Below the pieces are notes generated by a model. That model saw only the letters and a program-made list of their open reading frames with translations, was not told where the DNA came from and did no database searches. Below are positions 42,563 to 54,172 of a DNA stretch of 64,000 bases, piece by piece. Source of the DNA: Cercozoa sp. M6MM (lineage: Eukaryota > Protista > Endomyxa: Ascetosporea); the NCBI GenBank assembly GCA_040357565.1, contig JBDODJ010000022.1, one strand, 5' to 3'. Both the position numbers and the translations under genes were made by a program. The number at the start of each line of letters is the position of its first letter. The first letter of the stretch is position 1.

Positions 42563-42806
42563 GGTTGCGTAATTCTGCGGGGGCCTAACGAATATGAAGC
42601 GAAGTATTGAGTCAGTAGACGCAGTCAATCCAGCTGCCAGCGCAGTCACCTCCGATCGATCAGCGCTCCGATACTACAAACCAAAATAACAGTGGCTAAA
42701 TTGTACCTTACAGTGCATTTAATCCTTTTGACAGCTTAAGGGTAGTGTGTATAACACCAGACTTAGTTGCTTGAACCAGCCAAGGTCACCACGGGTCACT
42801 GAGACA

Positions 42807-43996
42807 ATGTTGGTTTCATCTCGAATTCTGCGAAACGCGTGCTTTTGTAAATCACCCGTATCTCCACAGTTTCTTTCCTTTCCCATGCACATCACGTACA
42901 ACTGTAGGCCGTCTAGCGAGCTCTGCGGCGACGAGTGGCATCCCCGACGAATGGCCCCGCAGCAAGGGTAATTTACAGATCGCCACCGTTACCTTGATGT
43001 CAGTGCAATCTATAATTCACTGTCTTCTGTAGTGAACACGCTGATCAACGTGTGCCCGGAGGGAACTCAAATCATTGTTGAACGTTTTGGTCGCTACCTG
43101 CGCACAGAGTCACCGGGTCTCTTTGCTGCGATTCCGGTAGCTCCGATTTTGCTTTCCATAGTGCTGTGGCATGCATGCCGTGGTGTCTGGGTCTGCGCAG
43201 GTCATCGACAAATTGGCGTACATGATCGACATGCGTGAAAAGACTTGCGAGATCGACCCTCAAGATGTATTGATACACCTTTCCTGACAAAGCTTTATAA
43301 TCTTGCTTGTCTACATTGTAAGTGAGGGCATGATTGTAGGCAATCACCAAGGACAATGTCTCAGTACAGATCAGGTAACTGCCTCAGTGTTAACGCGTAG
43401 TGTTATGTACACTAATACTAGTTGTGCTTGTTTAGCGGTGTGCTGTACTTCCGTTTCGTCGATTCCAAACTGGCAGCCTACGGTGGTACGTCTGAACTTT
43501 ACTATGTATCTGTCTTAGCACTCTCCTTTGTATAGCTGCCAATCCGATCTTTGCGGTCGTTCAGTTCGCGCAAAGTGCCATGCGATCGGCACTCGGTGAG
43601 GTATGTCTGCTGCATAATGTCTTGTTTGTTATTTTTCAACCTAACCGGGTTGTTTATCACTTCATTTTCAGATGGAACTTGATGAATGCTTTCACAACCG
43701 CAATGGTCTTAACCGGGTCGTGCGGTACTTGTCTAGATCTCCATGTCTCTCGCTTCTTTCATACTCCTGCAACCTGCATAGAGAACCCTTTTTGTCTGCG
43801 CAGAAATTCGATCATTGAGTCTGCGAAGGCATGGGGTGTCGACGTCCTTCGGGTTCGTGTTTCTGCTTGAACCGACGATCTGGCACATGATAAGAAACGC
43901 TATGTCTACAGTACGAGGTAACCGACATTCGACCGGATGAGCTCGTGTCGCGCGCGCTGGATAAACAGGTATGCCTTGACACTGTTCAGTAGTCTG

Positions 43997-44091
<95 letters not shown>

Positions 44092-44826
44092 AGGCTGTGG
44101 CGGAGCGTGCACGTCGTGAGAAGATTCTCGATGCCGAGGGTGACCGAAAGGCCTCGATTCTGCGATCGTGGGTTGACCTATCAGTCCCTGTACTGACTGA
44201 TATTTGATCGTAACCTGGTGTGCCACAGAGAAGGCGAACTGGCAGCGGCTCGTAATGCGGCCGAAGCTACGCATGTACTCTATGTTTTGTGCACACGAAT
44301 TTTGCTGCGAGTGAGTTCCTTGCTGTGTTTGTGCAGGTCCAGATCGTTCGCAAGGCACAGGCTGAAGCTGAACAGACGCGTATCAGTGCCGAGGCACAGG
44401 TATACACCGGCCTGTATCTTTGCCTTAAGTGTCTCTCTACGTATGCTTGGATGGGCAGGCCAAGGCACTCAATGCGGTAGCCAAGAACATTGTTGAAAGT
44501 GGCGGTGACAAGGTAGAGAACATCTTTGTGTGTTTTGGACTGTTAAACAATACGTCTCACTCGACTCTGCTCAGGCCGCGGCGTACGCCTTGTCGCAAGA
44601 GTACATGCGCACAATGTCTCTGGTCGGCAGTCGAAGCAATACCATGTTCTTCTGCGAGGGCACCATGGCGGATTCCGCCTCCAAGCAAATGTACCATCTC
44701 CCTTCCTCCCTTCTAGTAACGCCATACCGAGTATTTGGTTGCTGCATGGACAGTGCGCAAGTTGCTCAGCTTGTCACTGGTGGCACAAAAGCCTTCGACA
44801 ATGCCAAAAACCCCAAAGCACTCTAG
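42807..44826 (+). CDS. STOML2: Stomatin-like protein 2 (SPFH/band 7), mitochondrial
   Basis: IVERFGRY, AITKDNVSVQI, GVLYFRFVD, QFAQSAMRSALGE, WGVDVLRYEVTDIRP and AVAERARRE.ILDAEG. Confidence 0.9.
44001..44086. repeat. (TG)n intronic microsatellite
   Basis: Direct observation. Confidence 0.95.
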
Positions 44827-45077
44827 CAGTGCCTGCATCTACTATCTTAGCACATTAACGTCAGTCTGAACTCTAAAAATACACAACTGAGTAACGAAAT
44901 TGCTCCTGTGAAACTAAAAACTCGCACCCTTAACTCTGTTGTTTTTCCTTTCACCTGCAGTACTGTTGAACCATTGAGTGAGACTTGTGCACTGCACATC
45001 GCGAAGTTTACCAGAGGTACAGTGCGCGCGCGTATTATAAGCCCAAGTTCAGCACTTGATGTCGTTGTTTTTGGCAG

Positions 45078-45926
45078 ATGGTCACCAAGAGTCGCACACG
45101 GAGTCGATCCCGCCGTCGCAACAAGAGCCGTTCACGCTCGCGCTCGCGTCGCCGTTCGGTAGCGTGTGTGCCGCATCGTGTGCTGTCTGGCCACAGACTG
45201 TGGTTCTTGTAGGTGACGCAGAAGCTCGATGCGACTGCCGGCGCTCCGGCTGTTGCCGGTGCTGTGCCCACGGCGTGAGTTGCCTTCTGGGACATATTTT
45301 TCTAGCTCTAACTAGTTGAATGTGCATGTTTTCGACAGCGAAGAGCTGTCGGCGGCGGTGGCAGAAGTGGCCCAGGAAAACGCCAATCCCAACACTGAAG
45401 ATGTCGCCGATGAAGAGACTGAGAAGACCGAGGTCAGTGAGGAGACTGAGGATACTGAGGAGATTGAGGAGACTGAGGAGACTGAGGTCACTGAGGAGAC
45501 TGAGAAGACCGAGGTCACTGAGGTCACTGAGGAGACTGAGGAGATTGAGGAGACTGAAGCCGTCACTGAGAGCAGTGAGGAGTCGGCCGAGACCGCTGAT
45601 GTGCCCGAAGAGAGCGCCGAAGAGCAGTCGCCTGTCGAAGAGAACAAGCCGACTGACGAAGAGACGCCTGCCGAGACTGAGGTCGAAAGCATTGCCGAGG
45701 AACCCGAACAACAGGAGCAGCAGCAGACTGTTGAAACGTAGGTTGCAAACTACGACTCCCGATGATGTCTGTGTTGTTACAACCGTGGTCCGTGTCTGTG
45801 TCTGTGTCTGTGTGTATGTGTCTGTGTGTATGTGTATGTGTCTGTGTGTATGCGTCTGTATGTATGTGTATGTGTGTGTCTGTGTGTCTGTGTCTGTGTC
45901 TGTGTCTGTGTCTGTGTCTGTGTTTC

Positions 45927-45984
<58 letters not shown>

Positions 45985-46807
45985 TGTGTGTGTGTGTGTG
46001 TCTTATGAATTGTGTGCAGTGAGGAGTCGCCGGTCGAGTCAGTCGAGGAAGCTGTCGCTGTCGCTGAGGAGCAAGAGACGCCTGCTGTTGAGGAAGCTGT
46101 CGCTGAGGAGGAAGAGGCTGTCAAGAAGGAAGAGACTGTCGAGGAGGAAGAGACTGTCGAGGAGGAAGAGACGCCTGTCATTGAGGAGGAAGAGACGCCT
46201 ACTGTCGCTGAGCAGGACGAGACCGAAGAAGCTCCAGTTGAGACCGAAGACGCTCCAGTCGAGACTGAGGCCACTGCCGAGATCGCCGAAGCTCCTGTTA
46301 AGACTGAAGAGACCCCTGTCGAAACGGAAGAGACCCCTGTCGACACGGAAGAGACCCCTATCGACACGGAAGAGACCCCTATCGACACGGAAGAGACCCC
46401 TGTCGACACGGAAGAGACCCCTGTCGACACGGAAGAGACCCCTGTCGACACGGAAGAGACCCCAGTCGACACTGAAGCCGTTGCCGAGGGCGAGGAAACC
46501 ACCGAAGCTGCCGAGCCGGTCGAGGAGAAGGCCGTTGAACAGCCTGAGGAAAGTCAGGAGACCCAGGAGACCCAAGAGACTGCCGCTGAGGAGGAGGAAG
46601 CCCCCCAGCAGGAAGAAGGCGAAACCGAGGTGGAAGACGCCAAGCAGGAGATCAAGCAGGTGCAGCAGCAGCAGGAACCTGCCTCTCGGTATAACTCTCG
46701 CTTGCTTTCACTCAAACGTGGTTAGCTGAGGCATCACATGTGTTTTCGTGTGCAGTGCCGAGCCGCAGGAGGAAAAGGATTCCACGTGCGCTTGCCTCAT
46801 CATGTAG
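45078..46807 (+). CDS. Highly acidic E/T-rich repeat protein with RS-rich N-terminus and C-terminal CaaX (..STCACLIM*)
   Basis: Spliced model MVTKSRTRSRSRRRNKSRSRSRSRRRS|VTQK...|EELSAA...TEETE repeats|...(TEETPVD)n...EPASR|AEPQEEKDSTCACLIM*. Confidence 0.75.
46311..46472 (+). repeat. Coding 21-bp tandem repeat (T-E-E-T-P-V/I-D)
   Basis: gacacggaagagacccct(g/a)tc repeated about 7 times. Confidence 0.9.
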
Positions 46808-47058
46808 ACTCGGTTCTGCTAGCGTAGTATGTAATTTAGATAAACTCGACTGAACAATGTTCGTTCATTGACCTAGTGTAGCGTAGCCTGGCCCAAGTAG
46901 TATCGTATGCTACATGCGATGCTGCAAACTTGCAATTGCAGTGAATTCGAAGGAAGGAACGCGAACAGGCTGACTCGGGACAGTTTGTGACGGGGCCAAT
47001 GAATGGAGAGCGCCGTGCGGCTTCTCTCTCTCTCTCTTTCTCTTTCTCTCGTCTTAGT

Positions 47059-49967
47059 CTAGGCGACCTGCGACTCCTGCAGTTGCGGCCCCGGCGCCGA
47101 GTCGGCGCTGACGACTGTGTTGGCAGCATCCATGTCGCCGTCGTTGGCATGTACGGCATCGTCGGCGACACTGGCGTCGGCGTCGGCACCGCCCGTGGTC
47201 TCGGTGGCTCCAGCCTGCTGCACGGCGGCCTGCATCGGCGGCGCCACTGGCGGCAGCGCTGGTGCGCCTGTCCGGGTGGGGTGAGGGTGAGGGTAGGTCA
47301 AGGAGGGAGGTCAAGGGTTGGGGTAAAGGAGAAGGCCTACCAGCAACGACGGCATTGAAGCCTAGGTGATGATCGCCCAGCGCGTACGACTGCTGCGCCG
47401 ACTGGACGGGGGGGTAAAGGGTTACATGGGAGGGGGTAAAGTACGGCAAGTACCTGCTGCGCAGCCTGCGCATGCTGCTGCGGCAGTGTGTGATGGTAGT
47501 GCTGTGCAACGTGACTTGTCATGTGCCCGTGCGACTCGCCGACGCCGCCCTGCGCCGCTGCGTTCGTATCGGCCAGCACAGCGTCTCGCAGTCGCTGCAA
47601 GAGGGTAAAGAGTAAGGGGTAAAGGGACAAAGGGAGGGGGTGAACAAACCTGCATGAGCTCGATCTTGCGACCCTCGGCGCGCAAACCGCGCTGACGCAA
47701 CTCGGCGCGCAGTTCCCGCGCCTGCCAAGGGGGGTAAGAGGGGTAAGAGGGTAGGGTGTCAAGCTACCGTCATGGTCTCAATCTCGACTGTGCTCTCCTC
47801 ACTCGACGACTCTAAAACCGGGGGGTTAGGGGGTGATGGGCGGTTAAATGTGGAGAGGGGTAAAGGCAATATACCACGCTCATTGTCGTCCTTGAGACGC
47901 TGCACCAGGACCGACTTTGGTCCGCGTCTAAAGGGTTGTAAAAGGGAAGGGGTAAAGGGGAGGGTCGAGGGCGGTAAAGTTGGGGGGGGGTAAAGTTGGG
48001 GGAGGGGAGGGGTAAGATACGTCGGCAGCTGTCGCAGACGCAGCTCGGCGCGCAGTTCAAACACGGTCATTGAGTCGGGATCGACGGCGTAGTCGTGCCG
48101 ATCGAGGTCCTCGTCCAGCAGCTGCTGCTCCGACATGTTGGCTAGCCGCTCCTGCTCTCGGACGCACCGCGCGTACTGTACACATGGACAGGTACACATG
48201 GACAGGTCCAGGGACATATGGACAGGTACAGAGCCATATGGACAGGTACACATGCACAGAGATACAACAGAATAAGGGCACCTCCTTCTCCAAGTCCTCG
48301 CGCGAGCCACGAATCGAACCGCCTGTTGGAAGGGGTAAATGGGGGGTAAATGGGGGGGGGTACATGGGGGGGGGGTAAATGGGGGTGAATGGGAGGGGCT
48401 ACCCATGGTGCGAATGCGGCGCTTCAAGTGGTGCAGCATCATCTTGCTCGGGTCGGTCTCGTCGTCCTTCTCGTACAGATCGACGTCATCGGCCTGGTCC
48501 TGCTCGGCGCCCTGCGTGGAGGGTCATGTAGGGGGGGTGGGGCAGGGGGTAAGGGGTAGGGGGTAGGGGTAAGGGTGTGGGGTAGGTAGGTAGGGGTAAG
48601 GGTGTGGGGTGGGGTGGGAGTATGGTAAGAGAGAGGTAGGGGGCAAGTACCTGGTCATCCCGGCGACGGCGCTTGGAGGACTGTCGCGCGCGTTGAGGAG
48701 CCATGTGCGTCGGCTGCTGCTGCTGCGCGTGGTGGTGGTGCTGGTGCTGCATCATGTGCGCGTGCATGCCCATGCCAGCCAGGTGCTGCTGGTGCTGCTG
48801 CATGTGCTGCTGCTGCTGCTGCTGCATGTGTTGGTGCTGCATGTGCATCATCTGTTGCACATGCATCGGGTGCATCTGCATCTGCTGCATCTGCATCTGC
48901 TGCTGCATCATGTACTGCTGTGAGGACAGTCACACAACGGAACACAGGTACACACATAACAGGTACACACATAACAGGTACGCCCATAACAGGTACAGCG
49001 GGGGAGACTACCTGCTGCGGTGTGAACTGCATGTGCATGTGTTGCTGCTGCGGGTGCTGCGCGTGCATGTGCTGCTGCTGTTGCTGTGGCTGTTGTTGGT
49101 GTGGCTGTTGTTGTTGTTGCGGTTGTTGTTGCTGTTGCTGCTGTTGCTGCGGCTGTTGCTGCGGCGAGTGCATCGGCGGCATCGACACCGGCTGCGGCGG
49201 CTGCTGCGGCACCGGTTGCGGCGGCGCCTCGGGCGTGTGCTGCTGCTGCTGGTGCTCGGCCGACTGCTGCTGGTGCTGCTGGTGCATCTGCTGTTGCTGT
49301 ACACAGAGAGGGGGTCACAGAGCGATAGCTAACAAAGTAGGGGTAGGAGTGTACCATCATCATCTGGTAGTACTGCTGCGGCCACATCACCATGTGGTGC
49401 ATGCCCTGCATGCCAGGGTACTGCACGTACATGGCCTGCTGCTGCGGGTGCTGCTGCTGAGGATGCTGCTGCTGAGAGTGCTGTGAGTGCTGCTGCATCT
49501 GCTGCTGCGCGTGCATCTCGTCCGACTTGTCCGGCGGTGGCACTGTCGATGCCGACTCACCCGACACGTCCTGTCCGGGTGTGGAGGGGTACCAGGGTTT
49601 AAAAGGTGTACAGTGACATCGGGTGAACAAAAGGGCAAAGGCAAAGTACCAGGTGCATGTGCGTCTTCTGCACTTTCGCAGGACGCTCGTTGTCGTCGTG
49701 CGAGTGCGGCGACTCGTTGCTCTCGCCAGTGCCACTGCCATCGGCCGACACGGCCTCCGTGGCCACCTGGCCCGGCATGCCGCCGCTGCTGGCACTCGTG
49801 TCGCCGCCACCGAGCAGACCGCTGCCGGCCGAGGTCATGTTGCCGTCGTCGATACTCGTGTTGCCGCCAATGCTCGTGTTGGCGGCAAGGTTGTCGACAC
49901 TTACGTTCGACTCGTTCGCATCCGTGCCCGCGGGCTGCTGCGCCGCGTACCACTGCTGCTCGTCCAT
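47059..49967 (-). CDS. PolyQ/H/M-rich protein with two (possibly three) SAP domains
   Basis: MDEQQWYAAQQ start and Q/H/M-rich exons. SAP motifs DSMTVFELRAELRLRQLP|TRGPKSVLVQRL and TMT..|ELRAELRQRGLRAEGRKIELMQ|RL. Confidence 0.75.
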
Positions 49968-50785
49968 CTCTCACGCACGCACTGTCAAAGCAATGAATCA
50001 CACACCATCAAATCAAGGTTTTGTCCAAATCATGCGTGAAACTGTCAACATCACACAAATTCGGCCAAATCTCAAAACCCAAATCGACCAAACAAAAAAC
50101 TTGGCGGAAAGCAAAAAGTGCAGAATCCAGGACGCCACCTGGAGCCACGGGGGCACCTTACGTGTGCCCATATCTGTATCACAAGCTCGGGCCTCCGTAC
50201 CCAGCTCCTGGGCCGGGGCCAACTCCTGGGCCCGCCCGAAAAAAACCAAACACTGGGAACCAACAAGAGTATTTGACGAATTACAAGTGTTCGGGCCGAT
50301 GTGTCTACGTAGTATCCTGGCTCACACACCACACGAGCGCTTGCTCAATGGTTTTTGGGCGAGTGGAGCGCCGGTCAGGGCGCGTTTAAAATTAAAGGCG
50401 GCGCTCTTTTTTATTGCCGCCGTGGCAGGACCAGGCCGGAAGGTCACACTGCCAGGGTTCGCGCGTTGATCGGTTGCTATTTGCAGTGAGAGCCACAAGG
50501 TACCGATCGACGGTACGCGTAGAAACGCTTGCCCGGCAGAGGCGATCGTGATCCAAAAAAACTGATTGAACTTGATTGGGGCACAGGCACAGCCAGGTCG
50601 AATTAGGCACCAGTGCAGTGCGCCCACTGCACTGCGGACAACAAGCTTGCACTTGTGGGCGAGAGCTGGCCTCTCATTTCGCCAGAGTAGCTTTGCTTTT
50701 GTCTGTTGTGCAGGGCACACCTTGGTTCGCTAGCCGCGGATGGCACCGCCGCGAAGAGTCCGAAGGCCGTTCTGCACCATCGACA

Positions 50786-52564
50786 ATGCATTCCCGAAGT
50801 TTGTATGTTCTGCTTGCGGCTGGGGTTTTCTAGGACCACTGAAACACGTGTGCCTTGCAGATGCGCGTCTTTGGCGAGGCGCTCGTCTGTGGCTGCTTGC
50901 TCTGTAGCTTTTGCTCGTTTCTGTACTTGCTTTTGCCCACTTCGTTCAACTTCGTGTGTGCCAGTGCTAGATGGTGAAGTGAAAGACGGTGGCCGAGCCT
51001 TTGTTGAACAAGTCATTATTTCACTTGGGACTTTGCTGGTATGAGAGTTGTTTCTTACCTCCCTGAACGATTGACGGGTGTTCCCCGCGTAGGTCTTTCT
51101 GTGCGTGGGTTGTTCCGACGCTGGTGTTGTGTTTCGTGGCGCGTCGTTGCTGTCGAAGATGCGACGTGTGAGTCAGCGCAAGTACGTGCAGCTGGCCGAC
51201 TCGGATGTCGCGCCTTTCGACGAGGCTGACGGTGCTTATCACACGACACATGCGAGTGCAGGCGTCCGCGCGGACTACGCTGCAAGCGGTGACTCGACCG
51301 ACGGGTTTGAGAGTGAAGATGACAGCGACGCGCTGCTGAGCCAGGCGGCGGACTTTGAGGCCGAGGCCAAGCACTTTCGCAACTCGGTGAGTGCCATCGA
51401 GGTGGCCAACGACGGCGAGGTGCAGGACCCCGTGCACAGTGCGTGCTTCCGATGCGAGCTGCTGCCGCCTGTGCGTGCTAGACACTGCCGCGACTGCGAC
51501 ACCTGTGTGGCCGTATTCGATCACCATTGCTCCTTCCTGGGCAACTGGTAGCTGCTTCTTTAGTCTGCTTGGATGCAGATCTATGAGTGTACTGCTTGAT
51601 TGTAGTATCGGCTGGAAGAACCGCAGGTGGTTCATGCTGTTGCTAGTCGTGGAACTGTAACCGGCATCTATTGCTGTTCAAGTCTTTTATGTGTTTGTAT
51701 CTCTGCTCTCGTGTGCGTAGTATGCACGGCCTGCTGCTGCTGAGCCTGTGCATGCGAAACTACGACCGACTCGGCAGTCACAAACGCGATGGCGAGGCAA
51801 CAAGTCAGATCTTTGCGCGGCAAATGGTACCCCATGTCTTCTCTCTCCCCTTGTTTGTCAGGTTGTGCACAGCAGGTATATATGGTTGATGCTTGGCAGC
51901 TCCGGTCGCTGCTGATGATGGTCGTGTTTTCTAAAACGGCGTTTGTGGCGATTCTTTTTGTGATGCACACTGTGCTGATTTCGATTCAAAGCACCACAAA
52001 TGAGTGTACGCTTCTCCTTGCTTTCTTTGTTTGTGTTCCATTGTCGGGAGTGCAGTGGTGACAACTTGGCGATACGGTGCCAGCTATCCGATCTCGACGC
52101 TAAAGCACGCGTGCGCTCGCGACTCGGCCTCGTTCAACAGGAGCGCACTTGCGCGTGTTGAGCACGTGTTTGGTAGTGTGGTTCCCTTCTGTGTTTGATC
52201 GATTTAACTTGTGTTGTTTTGGCTCTGCAGAAGAGCAAAAGGGCTGGCTTAGGTTGCGCGAGGTCCTGCGTCGCTTGCGCGTGTTTGATCCGGATCTAGC
52301 TGGACCGTATCCGGTGTTGCGCCGTGTTCTGCGCAACTGGTGCGACGTGCTCTTGGCACGTGATGTGTCGCTGTTTCTGACTGCGTCGCCACGAAAATCC
52401 ATAAAGGTTCTTTTTTTTTCATTCTGTTTTGTAGCGTTTGTCAAGTGTGCTGAAACTTGCTTTAGAGTGCGTCCCCTTACGGCAAAAAACGTAGACGGCA
52501 CAGTCTGCGAACACCTCGTGCAGGTTCACAGCAACTGCTGCAGGAGATTGAGATTGATTTTTGA
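50786..52564 (+). CDS. DHHC palmitoyltransferase
   Basis: CFRCELLPPVRARHCRDCDTCVAVFDHHCSFLGN.|IGWKNRRWF, TTNE motif and transmembrane segments. Confidence 0.92.
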
Positions 52565-52845
52565 TGACGGTCGGGTCCATGGTCGGGTCCCGTCTGCACG
52601 CTGTAACTTGAACGTGTTTGCGCCGGCGGTATGACGAAACTGTAGTACCTTGATTTATTTATTATTACTCCCGTACCCCAACATCCTGATTCCCGGAATT
52701 AATTTTTGGTTCCCGATATGGACGGTTAGTTCCCGGAACTAACTCCGTCTTAGTTCCCAGAATTATGATTGGTTCCGAGAATTAATGCCATTAGTTCCGA
52801 GAATTAATAAACGTAGTTCCGAGAATGAACCAGCACGACCGGACG

Positions 52846-52925
52846 GGACGCCAGCCGAACGAGGGGACGCCAACCGAACGAGGACGCCAACCGAACGAGG
52901 GGACGCCAACCGAACGAGGGGACGC
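52846..52925 (+). repeat. 17-19 bp tandem repeat (GACGCCAACCGAACGAGG) x4 inside the TIR element
   Basis: Units start at about 52847, 52866, 52883 and 52902. Confidence 0.9.
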
Positions 52926-53099
52926 GACGCGACGACGCGAGACGAGCCTGGACACGACACAAGCAACGCAAGCGCGAAGAAGACGCGAGGAGACGGCCAA
53001 ACGAGACGGAGGGAAGCGAGCAGACACATGACAAAAACGAGATTCGCGCTCTACAGAAAACCGCGTAGATAGAATGAGTGAGTAAAATAGTACGAAGTA

Positions 53100-54172
53100 C
53101 CCTCGTTGTCCGCGCCACTGCATCGCTGCGAGTTCGCGCCAACGCATCGCTGCTTGCGAGCAGGGCCAGCTTCACAAAGGAGTATTCTGCTTTGTTCTAT
53201 AAAATAAGCATACAGTATATGTGATACGATACAGAAATCGATCCCATGAACGCATCACAACGTACGAAGAAAGCAACGCTTGAGGAGTAGAAACCCTGCA
53301 CCTGCTCGCGGCTGCCAGCAGAAAATGCGTCTGTGACAGGCAAGCAGTCGTGCTGCCACGGTGTCATCCGTCATGCGCGCAGACTCCACGCGTTAAAGAA
53401 TGTGACCAGAGCGTAGAAGCCAAGTTGGTTCTCTGCTCCCCGTACGTGATGCAGCATCGTATAAGCAAGGAACGTGAGTACCGGTCGGAAGAATCAAGAA
53501 GAGACGCGAAAGTGCACGCACTGCGAACTTGAGCAGGTCGGCGGTGTCATCGGTGAGGGCACGTTTCTGGCGCGACGTAGCGCCGGATAACGTACCCATC
53601 TTAAAAACCCCAATAAACTCGACTCTGAGCCAACCGTAGGGAGTTTATACCAGTTCAGCTGCGCTGAGTTTCCACCAGGTGCACAGCAAGTGGCCTAGTG
53701 TCTACACAAGGGACACAGAGATGATGCACAATACAAAAATTAAAGCACAGAAAAGCGCAAACAGTAGCACACCGCCATTCGACAAGTCTCGTCCTGTTCA
53801 AGAGCCTTGCAGCAGGTCAAGAAAAGCTCCATAGGAGTGAAAGGACGCACAAATCCGTCAAATCGACTCGCACTGGTCGGCATTGCACGTCGCACACTTC
53901 GCTCGGAGTGCGTGCCAATCCCAACGCAAGTCCACAACCCCGAAGCGGTACATTTCCGCACCATTCCACTGTGAAAAAATCTCAAACCTTTTCCAAAACA
54001 AAAAGAACACGACAACGTTAAATACTGTGGACAGCTACCTCAACAGTCGTGGCACCCGCACGAAGAATGTTGAGAAAATCTTTGAAGCTATTGCTGACGC
54101 TCCTATCAATTTCGTCACTTGAACTCTGCATTCCGGTGTTCTCGACCGGCGCACCAATGTCGGAATCGTCGC
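53100..54172 (-). pseudogene. Decayed intron-containing gene carried inside the TIR element
   Basis: Series of GT-AG flanked exons: DDSDIGAP...TTVE|WNGAEMYRF..CATC; FDGFVRPF..CRMA|TLGHLLCTWWKLSAAEL|MGTLSG...; NKAEYSFVKL. There is an apparent frameshift and an in-frame TGA. Confidence 0.45.

Noticed and set aside
45320-46729. 469-aa R/L/K-rich and CV-repeat ORF, and similar HT/CV/C-rich ORFs elsewhere
   Set aside because: These are shadow frames of the acidic repeat gene, the polyQ gene and (TG)n microsatellites.
52690-52825. Regularly spaced short repeats resembling a mini CRISPR array
   Set aside because: The repeats are only ~9-14 bp with ~10-bp spacers, are mirrored at the other end of a TIR element, and sit in a eukaryotic context with no cas genes. 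They are better explained as subterminal repeats.
53300-53900. In-frame TGA codons as evidence of stop-codon reassignment or selenocysteine
   Set aside because: TGA is a normal terminator in several host genes here (IPC synthase, WDR46, CoA-transferase), and no SECIS was seen. Decay is the simpler explanation.
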